From Eledone cirrhosa (lineage: Eukaryota), in the NCBI GenBank assembly GCA_964016885.1, contig OZ024740.1:396552001-396616000 (forward strand): a stretch of 64,000 bases of DNA. Direction: 5' to 3'. Position numbers and translations under genes: made by a program. Every line of letters begins with the position of its first letter. Position 1 is the first letter of the stretch. Below, in pieces: positions 36,729 through 50,117 of the stretch. Under the pieces are notes generated by a model, which made no database searches, was not told the origin of the DNA, and worked only from the letters and a program-made list of their open reading frames with translations.

Positions 36729-38337
36729 AGAGAATAGAGAAAGTAAAAATACAATTTGAATATTTGAAAAATGGAGGTAAAGTGCTCTCAGCTGAACAAC
36801 AGAGATCACAGTTTCAATGTTTAGCATTCCCTGGAGTTCAATATTTAAAGGAAAATATAACTAAAATTTAAATTTTAAATTAAGAAAATCCTTAAAATAT
36901 CTCCAACTGTTACAAAACTTGAAGGTTCTTGAAAATATTTCTAGAAATATGGGCTGAAAAATGTATACTGGGTGTTAGATTTAGGGAAAATTGTATAGTA
37001 TGTATAGAAATTTCTAGGTTAAAATGAATTGAGAGAGAATTGGGTAAAGAAACATAGAAAACCAAAAGAGAAAGGTGTAAGAAAGAGAGAAATAGATAAA
37101 TAAATAGATAGATAAATAGAGAGAGCAGTAGGAAGGGAGGGGGAGGACAAAAGATAGGCAAAAAATGGAATGTGGGAAGCAAGGACAAAGACAGTTGTGT
37201 ATGAAAGAGAGATTTGGAGAAAAAGAAAGATAGATTATAAAATCGATGTAATAAAGAAAACAAAAGAGAAAATAAAGGGCAAGAAATGTGTAGGTCTGTG
37301 AATGATAGTTATAGAGACAGTCTGACAGACATATATATATTGAGAGAGAGAGAGAGGGGGGAAGAGGGAGGGAATGACAAAAAGATGTACTGTGAAAAAG
37401 AGGGAGAGTAGAAATTTTCCTGAGCAAATGTTGCAGAAATAAAATCACTTTTGGAATATTTCATTTAAAAAAACAACAAAAAAAAAAACTGTTTCAATAA
37501 TTTTGTTTTTGGTGTAGCTGAGGAAATATAGTTTCAGCAGAGGCTTGGTGCGAAAATTATTCAATGTTCTTATAGCTTTTCTCACTGTCTTTCATATTTG
37601 TCTGCATTGGTGATTATAAATAGATATGTTTTTATGTACAGAAATGGTGCGGTCAGTGCTGCAAAATAGTGGTCAAAATGTAGACACCTTTCATTGATTT
37701 AATTATCAAATTGAATTATCATTTAATTAGCTATTCTATTTTTCATATGAGATGACTGAATGTGAGTGGTGTAGCTCAATATGTTACCCATTAAATAAGA
37801 AAACTACCTTATGCTTATTCTACTATGAATTAGTCAAGGCATGGAGAAGTTTAAAAGCCTTACTTAGGGCACAGCCAGGGCCTCTGAGAGAAATTTTCCA
37901 AGGCAGGAAAAAACTGCTTTTGGGCCCTGGTAGGGAGCTTTTCTTAAAATTCAAAAGAATTAAAGCTTTATTTTTGGTCAAAAAGATGGGGATGCATCAG
38001 ATATTCATGGGCTTCCTTGGCTCTCAGCACTGTCTGGATTGATGTTGCAAATTCCGTTCATCCACAAGAACCTTATCTCATGCTCTTTCTCATACTTCTG
38101 ACTTTTGAGATACTTAATATTTGGTACTATCTATTATTTAATAGTAATAGTGTTATTATAAGGTATCTGTTATTAGAAATAATCAAGAAAATATTGTGAA
38201 TTGAGCATTAAAGAGTATTATCTGATATTAGCTTGAAGATTATAAAAACTTATGGTGACTAATGATGACCAGTGCAGATTGCAGACTGAGAATTTTACAA
38301 GCAATGTTTGCCTAAAAAAAAAAAATTAATAAAAAAT

Positions 38338-38915
38338 TCAACAAGTTGTTTCTTGACTACTTTCTGACTGTTTTGGTGAAGGCGCTGAGTCTTTGTTGCG
38401 ATAAATTTGTGTAAGGAGATCTGGTGTTTGATTGTTATTCTCATAAATCAATGTCTCCTGACTAGATGGATTAACTAAATGTAATTTTGTGGACAATTCT
38501 TCCTCTTTGTAAAGCTGATTACAGCTGATGCTTTTTTGAACAGGGCTACTTATACATTCCTGCTGGTGAACTTCAACTGCACATGTTACTCGATTTTCAG
38601 CTGGAATGCTTATGTCTTTCACTGGGACAATATCAGATATTTTAGAACATGTTTTCAAAGCATTTGGTATACTATCGTTACTCATTGAATGTACAGAAAT
38701 TTTCCGTTTTCTTGGTTCTGTATTCAATAAATGACTCATTACATTGATGGAATTGTGTGACCAAGATTTAACTAAGTTTGGTGCAGGCCAGAAATCATGT
38801 AGATTATCTGGTACAGCTTGAATTTCAACTTCAGGCAAGTTGTTGTTATTGTTGTTAGTTGTAAAACCAAGTCCCTGGGAACTCACATGAGAACACAGAT
38901 TGCTTGTTGACTGAT
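38338..38915 (-). CDS. CNGB-like channel, terminal coding exon (low-complexity tail)
   Basis: Long polypyrimidine tract plus cag, phase 1 compatible with the upstream exon; 192 codons QSTSNLCSHVSSQG...SSQETTC* ending in TGA. No recognisable homology; assigned by phase and position. Confidence 0.7.
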
Positions 38916-39519
38916 CTGTGAGAGAAAAGAAAGAAAAATAAATAAGCAGAAAAAAGAAAACAAAAAAAGACAAAAACAACATAAAATAAAATAAAGATAT
39001 GTAGTAAGTATAATAAAAAGCTAAATTACTATTATATTTAAAATATATTATTTTCCTACTGGGGGACATTTACTCACCATTGCAACATTGACAAGATGAC
39101 TTTTTAGAAAACAAAGAATGTCTTCATGCACTGCATGGCGTGTGTACTCTTTTGCTACAAAACTCTCTACTAGTTTTTCAGAATTTACCTACTATTACTT
39201 TTTACCTTGATGGCTTTTAAGCAGCACTTACAGATAAAGTTAATGTATTTGCTACCTGTTTTGATTCTAACTTCACATTGCACACATATAAAAACTCTTC
39301 CCAAATTCTCCTTTTCCACGCTACTTTTCTCCACCATCATATACACATAGTTGCCAAAAGCCCTATAATTGCTCTAATTAAACATGACAATAATTTTTTT
39401 ATTGTCATGTTTAGTTATCTTTCATTATTTTCAAACAGTGATCAACAGGACTATCTTTTATCCTTGTCAAATACTTCAATCATTCTCTTTCTATAGAGAT
39501 TCATTTCAGTCAATGGAAA

Positions 39520-40330
39520 TATATTACAGTTTGTTCCATTTTTGTACACTATTCTTTTTACAATCTTCATCTTGTTTACAAAAGGAAAAATCTAACGTTG
39601 CTTGTTTAGAAGCGTTAGGGCTATTAGTTAAAAAAAATGGAGAGGAGTAATTATAGTGAAGGTGAGGTGGGGACATTCGTGTCAAAATTCATTTAGATAT
39701 AAGTGGTTCTTGGTTGTAAAAATGATAAAAGCTGTGATAAACAGTGATAAACTTGGGTGTAAAGTATGTACAAATATAAGCAATCTAAAGCTTTTCCCTT
39801 TTAAGGGTTCAAGGCTGATATATAAAGTACCCTCTCATAAAACTGATTAGAGTACATACATGATGTCTCTCATTAAAAATAAAAATGCTGATCATAAAGT
39901 ACCAAAAGTCTATGCTGCTTCTCGAAGTGCTGGAAACAGGGCTTTTGGAAAGTTAAGTGAAACCACAAATGCTTTGCATCTAAAAGCAAGTTGATCAAGA
40001 TTTCATTTTGCATATTATTTAGTTCAGAATGACAGACCATACTCTGCTTAAGTTGGCTTACTGGAATTTCAAAAGAAAAATGGCATTGACATTAGAATTG
40101 GACTACATTAATGCATTAGTGTCACAGACAATTAATCACATATCCATTAATATGAAAATGAAAATTTGCAGATAAATTGCAAAATTTCTGTTTTCATAGG
40201 GTAATCAACAAACTAGAGAATTATGACAACCCAAATACTTTATTTAAAATGTGAAAGTACAGTTTGAATCATCTGTCATTTCAATAAATTTTGAAATAGC
40301 TAACTGCTCTGTTCCTGTATAATGATTATT
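39520..40330 (+). mobile_element. Fossil hAT transposase (KIAA1586/ZNF862-like)
   Basis: Degenerate peptides KLGCKVC, AYYLVQNDRPYS, LLEFQKKNGIDIRIGLH, INHIS and KISVFI, with stops and frameshifts. Confidence 0.55.
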
Positions 40331-40921
40331 TCTAGGATGAATGAAGCCTCAATATATCATACCATTAGTATGGTAAGTTGCAGGATTTCATTAATCAGAA
40401 GTTTCCTATTTCTTATCTATACCAGCCATGACATTATAGTTTAGTAAAAAAAATAAAAAATGTTACCTTAGCCATGAAGAGATTGGCTCCGATTTCTTAT
40501 TGTTAAGTGGACAAGAGTTAAATCTTCACCTGGTTAGAGTGACGATCTATTAGAGATAATCTGGCTCTTGTTCCTAATGGCTAGGTGAACTGAGGTACAT
40601 ACAATTAAGTATACACTCCAAACACATTGAAATAGCTGCAATATCCTATACACTCAGCCACAGTGTACTTTTAATGGTACAGTGTACTTACAATAGTTCT
40701 ATTGTGAAGGAAGATCTCAGCAATCTAAGTTCATGAGTAAGTTTTGATATCCATGTTTGAGTTGTTTCTTTTAAGATTCTAATATTTTAGGATTAAGATA
40801 AAATGTTTTATAATATTAAAATATACCAGAGCATTGTTTCTGTAGCAGAAAGCACTGCCTGAAGCAATAATTTGTCATTCATCATCATCTACTTTTATAT
40901 ATTTCTAAACTAAATACTTAC

Positions 40922-41093
40922 TAGTACTTTGGCTGGTTTCAACATTAACCAGAAATACATTAGAGTTGTTGTCAGACGAGGGACTGGAAACATCATCATC
41001 TGCCAAATCTAGAAGATCTTCTTCAAAAACATCATCATCACCAAACAAACTGTCTTCAACACAATAATCATCAGCAATATCTGAAAGAGACAG
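40922..41093 (-). CDS. CNGB-like channel, acidic tail exon
   Basis: ttctcttctccatag|...|gtaagt, phase 0/1; LSLSDIADDYCVEDSLFGDDDVFEEDLLDLADDDVSSPSSDNNSNVFLVNVETSQST. Confidence 0.72.
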
Positions 41094-41974
41094 CTATGGA
41101 GAAGAGAAAAAAGTAAAGCAAGTCAGCTAGTGGGAGAATCGATAACAACAAAATCCACCATCATCACTAGCAACAGTAATAGCTATCTTTCAAGCAGCTT
41201 ATGTGCAAATGACAATTTCTTAAATATGGAATAAATCTATAGCAAAGTAGAATAAAATGTCTTGAAGACAGACAAAACATAATATATGCAGATAGATATA
41301 AACTGATGATTGGAGAGTTATTGGTTTGCACCTTATCCATTTAGCAATTACTCTCCTTAGGTGTAAATTTATATTGGAAAAAATATTGTCTCAAATGCTT
41401 AATTTTCAGTGTATACTATTGATAATACCACCACAATATATATATAAACATAATTTATATAAAAAAGAGAAAAAATTATAAAAGAAAAAAGAGAGGAAGA
41501 TCTGTCTGACAGAATTATTCAAATTTGTCTTGACTGTATTTCTCTGATGTATTTTAATTCTTCAATTTTCTGATCTCTTTAGGCTAGATTCTTTTGACTC
41601 TTTCAGATTGGGCCATTCTATTACAAGCTCAGTAAACACTCTTCATTTTATTTATTGATATTTATTTGATAAGAAAGGGTTGCAGTCATAGCCTTTCTAC
41701 ATACTTTTAGAGAAAGATTATGGTTGAGTTTCAGAAGGATGTAGTTTTGGGAAACAAAAATTTGGCATAACATTGATATAATTCCTAGATATTAGGAATA
41801 ATCCAGTCAGAATGAATGCTATCAAACCAAAACCTGCATTATTCTGGTCAGTTCTCTGCAGACAAAGATGTTAAAGTGTTTAAAATGGTTCTTGGTAAAA
41901 ATAATCTTGTAAATGGAAATGCATCATTTATGAATAATGGTATGAAATATTAATAATTATTATATTTAACTCAC

Positions 41975-42145
41975 ACTTCCTGATGACAAAGAGTTGACCT
42001 GATTATCACTTTGTGTCTGGTCTGTTGATGAAGATAGATCAATATGAGGTTCTCGTTGTAAACTGTTGTTGCTATTGGATAATCTGGGAAGATTAGCCTG
42101 GTTAGACTCAATTTTTTGCATCAGTTCAGATTCAGGATTCATAAC
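41975..42145 (-). CDS. CNGB-like channel, post-CNBD exon
   Basis: tttcag|...|gtgagt, phase 0/0; VMNPESELMQKIESNQ...LSSGS. Confidence 0.75.
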
Positions 42146-42224
42146 CTGAAATATATACAAACAATATCAGAGACTATTCAGCTTCGCAAAAGCCTTAACA
42201 AAATACAAACAATTGTCATTTATA

Positions 42225-45200
42225 AATAATAATAATAATAATAATGAAATTATTGTGTACAGTGCTCAGGTGCACTACAACTCATCAAAGGTGCATGTAT
42301 AGTACATAGAATAATGTACAAATGTCAGGAAAATAAACAGTGTACGAGTCATGATATAATAACAATAACAATAATGAAATATTGTGCACAGTGCCCAGGT
42401 GCACCACAACCCATCAAAAAAGTGCATGTACAGTACATAGGGCAATGCACAAACATCAGTAAAATGAACAGTGCACGAGTCATGATACACACATGTGTGC
42501 ATGTGTATGGAAGGGGCACATCAGGTGTAGTTTTGGCGTATTTCGGGAAGCATGAGTGTCTTAAAGGATGCAGTGTCTCGGCAGCTAACAATTGACGCAG
42601 GCAGTTTGTTCCATGCTTCAGCAACTCTGAGCGTGAAAAAATGTCTGCGAAAGTCATGGGAGCTGTGCTGTTTTCTTATCTTGTAGGCATGTCCACGTGT
42701 GTTAGACACATGGAGATCAAAGAGGCGCTCAGGGTTGCAGTTGGCGAGATGGTTAAAAACTTTGTGGGTATTCACCAAGTCCATTGCCAGACGTCGGAGC
42801 TTCAATGAATCCATGCCCAGGGAAGCAAGGCGTTCAGAGTATGGTAGGTGTCTGATGGAGGGTATGCGCTTGGTTGCACGTCTCTGAACAGTTTCCAGGA
42901 GGTCAATGTTCCGAGCAAGATAGGGGTTCCAGACTGATGATGCGAATTCCAAGTGTGGTCGCACCATAGCTGTATACAGTTTTAAATAGATGGCTGGAGA
43001 GCGGCTAACAAAGGTCTTGCTGAGTGATGCCAAGACACCCTCGGCCTTCTTGACAATCTTAGAGACATGCTTTGTCCAACGCAAATCGTTGCTGACAGTA
43101 ATGCCCAGGTCACGTTCACAAGAGGACTTTTTGATGTCAGTGTTGTGGAGGGAGTATGTGGACGCTGGATTTTTCCTTCCAAAATGCATGGTGGTACACT
43201 TGTCCACAGCCAGCTTCAGTTGCCAGTCTGTGATCCATTGCTGCATTGTGTCCAGGTCTGATTGTAGGAAAGAGTTGTAAATTTCAGGATCAGTCCTTTT
43301 GATTTCAAGGTACAGCTTGATGTCATCTGCATATTTTAGTACCGTGGCATTCTGTAAGTTGGCATCTATGTCATTAATATATGCCACAAACAAAAGAGGA
43401 CCAAGAATAGATCCCTGTTGTACACCAGATGACATCTCATATGGTGAAGAATGCTGTCCTAGAACCGTGACTACTTCCTTTCGGCTGAGAATGAAGGATT
43501 TCAGCCAGTCGAAAAGATCATCCCTCACACCCATTGCAGAGAGTTTTGCCATAAGTCTTTTGTGTGGCACAGAATTAAAAGCCTTAGCAAAGTCAAGGTA
43601 AACAACATCCACCCATGAGCTGCTGTCAGTGATCCGGGTGATGTCCTCAAGGAACTCGATAAGCTGATCACAGCAGCTGGAGTTAGGGATAAATCCAAAC
43701 TGTGAGGGCCGGATGAGGCTGTGAGAGCTCCAGAAGTTCCAAAGTGTTTCTCTGACACAGGATTCCATCAGTTTGGCCATACAGCTAGTAAGACTGACTG
43801 GACGATAGTTGACAGGTGACATGCGGTTGCCCTTTTTGAACAGGGGAATGACACTGGCAGTTTTCCACTGCTCCGGAGTAGCACCATTGCTGAGACAGTA
43901 TTGAAAGAAAAAAGAAAGCTGGCGCAAAAGGAAATCCCCGCCACGTTTGAGAAGCAGGTATGTCATACCATCAAGACCAGGGGAGGCATAGTTGCGCTTA
44001 TTCTTAAGGTGACGTCGCAACATTGCAGGTGTAAATTCCATAGTTGTTATGGAATTTGATGGTGGAGATGGTACATTCTGGTTTTCAACAGTAAAAATAC
44101 TTGCATAGCACTCAGCAATGAGTTCTGCGCATTCCTTGGGATCGTCAGTGATCTGGCTTGTGTGGGGATTGCGAAGAGGACCAACTGGAGAGTGAGGTCT
44201 CTGCTTTGAATGAACATATTTCCAGAACACCTTACTGTCAGGATTGGTTGCGATGCACTGTTCAAATTCAAGCACTGCCTTCTTTGTCACTTGCTTGAGA
44301 TGGTTAGAAGATTTATTCCGCTTTTTTCTGTTGGCATCTGATCTATGCAGTTTATATTCCCGTTCAGCGTTCCGACGTTCTTTCCTGGCAAGTCGGACCG
44401 CTGAAGTTTCCCAGATTGCACTTTTGGGGTGGTTATTTTTCCGCTTCCGTGGCACTGATGCTGCACACACTATCCATATTGAGTCCAGGATGCTCTGGAG
44501 TATAGAGTTCACATCTCCAGAGTTATACATCTCATGCCAGTTTGGGCGCTGTAGCTCAGTGCAGTACAAGTTCCAATCCGCCCTCTTCCAATCAAAGCAA
44601 GCAGATTGGAGATGGCTCTGGTTTTTGTTGCTGCCCTCAAGTGCCAGATTGGCAATGATCATAGCATGATCAGAGTCGCCTAGAGGTTCCTCAGTAGTAC
44701 AACTGATAACCACTTCAGGAGTAGTAGTGAAGATCAGGTCCAAAGTGTTGTCACCTCTTGTTGGAGAGGTGACTACTTGTGACCAGTTTGAGTCCAGCAC
44801 TATCTCAAGGAAATCGTTTGCACCCTGTGGCCAACGAAAGGTTTCCCAATCGATCTCAGGATGATTGAAGTCACCTGCAATAAACACATAAGTGGCTGTT
44901 TTCTTGGCAGCAACTCTGAGGATATCGCAAAGCTGTGTGCCCTGATGGTAGTTTGGGGGGCGATAAACAACACCAAGCAGAAGTGTTGACATGGTCATAC
45001 GTATGTCACAGAAAAAAACTTCTTCCTGTGATTCGTTCAAATCAACGCAAGGAATTACCGAAAAGTTTGAATGAACGTAGACCATCACACCACCACCACG
45101 GCGGTTAATGCGGTCCTTGCGGAAAAGGTTGTACCCAGTAATGGTGAAAACCCCATCACAGAGTAAGGAATGTACCCATGTTTCCGTGACTGTGATGAAG

Positions 45201-45262
45201 TCAGGGTCGATGCTTCTGACGTAGGATTCGAACAGATGTATCTTTATGTGCAGGTATATCAA
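42225..45262 (-). mobile_element. CR1-clade LINE with uninterrupted EN+RT ORF, slightly 5'-truncated, (ATT)n tail
   Basis: 913-aa ORF 42521-45262: VTETW, VYRPP, GDFNHP, GDSDH, YLDFAKAF, SGVQQGSILGPLLF, YADD, VRPHLEFASSVWNP, RGHAYK, RRHFFTLRV...WNKLP. Confidence 0.95.
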
Positions 45263-45487
45263 ACACGAACACTATTAGAAGTCACAACAGGCAAAGTCTC
45301 TAGAGGGTTTACCATACCAGTTCTTATAATGGCTCTGGTAATATTCACAAATCACTGAAATCCATTTAGTCTATAAAGATTAGCCAATCTTCGATTATCT
45401 GGTGGCTACTCTGAAAATTTTGTATTAATATTGCAAAATTTGAATTTTCAACATGTAACTAGATAATATAAACTATTCCAATAGTAT

Positions 45488-45850
45488 GAAATTTTTATGA
45501 GAAACTTGGAAGCTTCATTGAACTTTTTTGACTATAGAAAAATAGTCTAAATAATAGGGCCTGGGGGACTCGAACCCACACCTTCACACTTACTTGGTAG
45601 AAATGCTACCATTATACAAAAGTAACCATCATATTTTCTTTTGTTATTTTAAAGCATATACATAGATAGTGAGAGATAAACAAATGATGTGCAGAATTTG
45701 AAATTTTTATGAGAAACTTGGAAGCTTCATCAAGATTTTTACTATAGAAAAATAGTCTAAATACTAAGTCATATAAGCCCTCTTAACGGAAAAATTTGAT
45801 CATTTTTTTCTGTTAAGAGGACTTATATGACTTATTATTTCTGCACATCA
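45488..45850. repeat. Composite repeat: ~65-bp direct repeat (212-nt period), tRNA-like segment and terminal foldback
   Basis: gaaatttttatgagaaacttggaagcttcat at 45488 and 45700; minus-strand A/B-box-like TATAATGGTAG...GGTTCGAGTCC at 45557-45620; hairpin 45765-45833. Confidence 0.65.
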
Positions 45851-46246
45851 TCTCAAAACACACATTTGTTTATTTTAATAGTATTTTATAGTATTCTAAC
45901 TCTTCTATGGTCATTACTATACCATATCTACTATACAATATTATTCACATATATATATATATATAGAGAGAGAGAGGGAATAAATGATAATTAGCTACAC
46001 ATATATACATACATAATTATATCTTTCTCTGTGAATACCTGCATAAGCATTTAAATATAAATATACTGTATATACTTGAGTATAGTGTGAGTCTTTATGA
46101 TCAAAGTTTTATGACTAAAATAGGGGATTGCACTATACACAGGTATTTATTTGAGGGAGAGTGTTGGTATTTATGTATTTTGGTTACCATAAACTACCTG
46201 GTAGGCCTAACATAGTCTTGTGGTACCATTGTTTAACCTTAATAAT

Positions 46247-46434
46247 TGTTTCTACTTTTGGCACAAGGCCAGCAATTATCCCAGTGTATTACTGGTACTT
46301 TATTTTATCGACCCCGTAAAGAGGAAAGGCAAAGTTAACCTCAGCGGGATTTGAACTCAAACCATAAAGGACTGTAACTCTTTGTTGCAAAGAATGGTGT
46401 CCGACTCTCTACCGATACTGCCAATCCACCGCCC
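46247..46434 (-). mobile_element. tRNA-derived SINE, full length
   Basis: TSD tttaaccttaataat at 46232 and 46435. Confidence 0.88.
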
Positions 46435-47467
46435 TTTAACCTTAATAATACTGGTATGCCCCTTTAGCGTAGATGTTTTCTTTCTGTTGCTGCATAAAGA
46501 GCAGAATATCATTCACTATGTACGCTGCTTAAGATCTACAAATATCTTATTTTATATAAATGAAGAATTAACAATAGTTTTCCCTTTATCAAATTTGTGT
46601 GCATCTTGGTTTGAACATGTAGGCGTTTTTGTCTGATACATATATTGTATTTGTATTTGCTTCATGTTGTGTTCTTTATTCTGTCTTTATTTCTTTATAT
46701 TTATTTTATTCCTTAAATCTGCTGATATTATCATACCTTATTCTTCTCAGTTACACATTCTTAAAATATTTTGATAAGATGCACCATAATATACCATAAT
46801 ATACAATAAATGATGATTGCATGGGATGAAATAAATGTATCCAAGTAGCTCTATTTACAGTATACAGTAATAATATCAATAGGAATGTACATGAATTGAG
46901 GAGCATTATAGAAGCATATCCCACTGTTCCTACATTAATTATACATAAAGTATTGCATTCTAAATTCTATATGATTCAACAAATAAAATATTTCTTTTAT
47001 GGAATGAAGGCAAATGTACCTGCAAATATTTATTCTATTAAATATTTTAAGGGATTTTCACAACATGAAATCTAGTAAATATGAAAACATTTAAGCAGAT
47101 AATCTAGTTAATTACCAGGAAATGTTCCACTATGATAGGTGTACAGTATTGCTCAAAAGATAGTCACATTATGCAAGGGCTCTATGAATAAATCAGTATC
47201 TTTTACAGCCCCTCCCCCCCAACCCCCTAAAAAAAATCAAGGGTCCCATTATGTATGAAGTAAGCTTATACATGTAAGTTATATCTACAAACTTATACAT
47301 GCATACTATATCTACACATTTATGCTATATCTACACACTTACACATGTATATTTATCCAAAGAAAGTGACAGATAATGTGAAAAAAAATTGAGCTTCAAT
47401 AAAAACTGAGAAGGTTTAGATTTAAAAATGAAAAACTATAACAGGGTTGATATGTAAATATTTTCAC

Positions 47468-47579
47468 CTTCATTACAGTTTTCAAAAATTTTGGTGTGTC
47501 TTTCGGACTTTTGATGATAGCTTCACATTCCTGTTTAGCCTCTTGTCTGGCTAAACGGGCATTTTCTTTAAGAAGCTTC
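47468..47579 (-). CDS. CNGB-like channel, end of C-helix and post-CNBD
   Basis: ttgtag|...|gtgaaa, phase 2/0; KLLKENARLARQEAKQECEAIIKSPKDTPKFLKTVMK (TPK motif as in CNGB). Confidence 0.85.
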
Positions 47580-48719
47580 CTACAAAGACAAAACAAAAGG
47601 AAACAACAAAAACAAAATCCAGAAAATAACAGTGAAGAAGTTCAAATGGATTAGTTTTGGATATAGACTTACATGAAAGATCTACTCATCTAATATCACT
47701 AGCATTACACTACTAAACAACTGGCTGCATTGCTCAGCACTGTGTCATGTCCTTGGTCAATATGCTTAGCTCTAAACAGCTCAGTCCCCCTAGCTATAAG
47801 TAGGTACCACTGCAGGCTGAATTTGTACTGTAAAATTGATGAGTAAATAGGTGTAAGCAGAGGAGCTAAGTTCTATTGGTTTTCATAACAAGTAAAATAA
47901 TTGAATAACTTGTCTGGTAATGGATAATCTAAGAAAGGAATATCAGTAGGGGTAGCAAGCAATCAAAAGAAAGTAGTAAGAAGGAGTAACAGGCACAGAG
48001 AGCATTTAACAGACAATGCAGGATTAATAGATTTTAAGAGGGGATCATTACGATGAAGGAAAAACAACATGATTATGTCGAGGATAATGACAACAATGAA
48101 TATGTTCAGTTTGGCACTTTACTCCATCATTCTAATAAGCATTGTTACCAATAGCTTCTGCTCTAATTTCTTCTTCCATTCTCTAAGTAGTCACAGTGTA
48201 CAATGTTTCTAAGAGAAACAATAAGGAGCTTTTTGTTAATGTTATTTAATCAGAAGAGCAGTGGCCATGATATTTGTAGAAACTACCAAGTTGGTGAGAT
48301 TGGTATTATTGTTGTTCAGATATAACTTCTGTAAGATGGTTCTTGGAGGATAAACGTTGGTGGAAAAGGATTTCCAATGACTGCTGATCTGGGTGGGTGA
48401 TGGCAGTGATAGGGAAACCTGAAGGTGAGTGATACATAGTAAGGATTGCAAGAGTAATGCAACAGGAAGCTATAATGATATAATATAAAGGAAACTGTAT
48501 TGTAATTGGACTGTAAAGTTTGATTAGTGAACCCCAACTCTGCTTTATGGCACATTGCTATAATACTACTGGTAATAATTCTCAAGTTTTCAGTGTTCTG
48601 TAGGAAGAACTCAATTTAACACCCCAATACAAGAAGACTTTTGAGAGTTTTACAGCTTTTCAGGTTATGACAGTAAAATATCCTTTGCATAGCTGAAGCA
48701 TATAGACATTATGCCTCCA

Positions 48720-48945
48720 CCCCCTCCCACTGCAAAGTGGTCATGGAGGTGCCACAGCAAAAAAGCACCCATCACTCACTGTAAATGAGGTTGGTGTTAG
48801 GAAGGGCATCCAGCTGTAGAAATCAAGCCAGAATCAGTTCCAGTATGAGCAAGACAAGGTCAGCCGACCAGACACTGCCCACAACAGGACAACTCGTTTA
48901 ACCCATGCTAGCGTGGAAGAATGGACGTAAAACGATGATGATGAT
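48720..48945 (+). mobile_element. RTE 3' UTR fragment with (GAT)n tail
   Basis: Reverse complement of the 11490-11750 family terminus. Confidence 0.85.
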
Positions 48946-49973
48946 ATCACTTATAGCTAGATGGTGAATTGGTCGAGTCAAATTCTGCTGCAGTCAACTT
49001 TTCCTTTTATCCTTTCAGGGTCAAATAAAGTACAAGTGCAGGGGTTGTGGATTAGCAGAATTACTGAAATGATGGATTGCATGCTTTGCAGTATCTGTTC
49101 CAATTTTGTGGGTTCCGAGTTCACATTCTGTTTCCTTCTACCAGGAGTTGCAACCAGCAGCAGCAATGGAAAGACCAATGGAAACATTGTTTCCTCAGTC
49201 CAATATGAGGATCAGATCTTTTTTTTTTTGGGGGGGGGGGGGTCAATGCTACAGAGATATACATGTCTTTATGAAGAACATATGCAGTGTGGATAATTAT
49301 ATTTGAACCACAGACTCATTAGTAGGTTAGTATCTTAACCCATTCATGCGTGCGTTTCTAGTTAAATACACTCTAAATCAATTAATTGATGATTTGAGGG
49401 ATTTACTAAAATTATTAATTATTTTAAAATAGTAATTTAATGTAAGGTTCTTATATAAAATTATATTGGAAGATTTTAATTTAAATTGGAAACCTTTAAA
49501 ATGGGTGGGTGGCTTTATTTCATAGAACCAGGGCCAGTTTTGGTCAGTTTGGTAACTAAACTTTAGTTTCCAGCTTAGGAATGACATTTTTTTTTTTTGT
49601 GACCTATGTATTCTACAACAATTATAACCCAATACAGCTGTTTTCTATCCTACCATGGAAGGAAAACTCTTTACTGTAAGTAGGAGTGATACCTGTTGTA
49701 AAACAGGTAGTCTGTGAAAACAATAAAATGTACCTTAAAAAATAAACATTGCATTATTCCAAAGTCCATTTATAATGGTTTACTATTATTATATCTTTCA
49801 CGAGAATCAGGTGGCATAATTTGGACTAATTCAAACCAGAAAAATACTGTGTGAAGGCAGCATTTCACTCACACTTGTTTGAACACTAGTTTGTAATATC
49901 TAACAGTGAATTACTTTAACAACAATGGGTTCACACTACCTCTACATTTTCCAATAGAATCTGGTTTTCTTAC

Positions 49974-50117
49974 TTGGCCCGTTTCTTCAACAGCTTCTGT
50001 GCTTCTGGGTAATCATTCATTGTTTCATTGAAATCAGCTTTGGATAGAATGAACAGATTAACATAGCCTTTGCACCGGACATCAGCTGTTCTGCGACTGC
50101 CTGATATCGCCAACAAG
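49974..50117 (-). CDS. CNGB-like channel, CNBD phosphate-binding cassette and B/C helices
   Basis: Phase 2/2; (S)[47 protein letters not shown](K). Confidence 0.93.

Noticed and set aside
38916-39069. N-terminal hydrophobic part of ORF 38338-39069 as a TM segment
   Set aside because: It is the translated polypyrimidine tract of the intron; the exon starts at 38915.
45557-45620. Functional tRNA gene
   Set aside because: A and B boxes are present but no acceptor-stem pairing or clear anticodon arm is seen. The same applies to the SINE heads.
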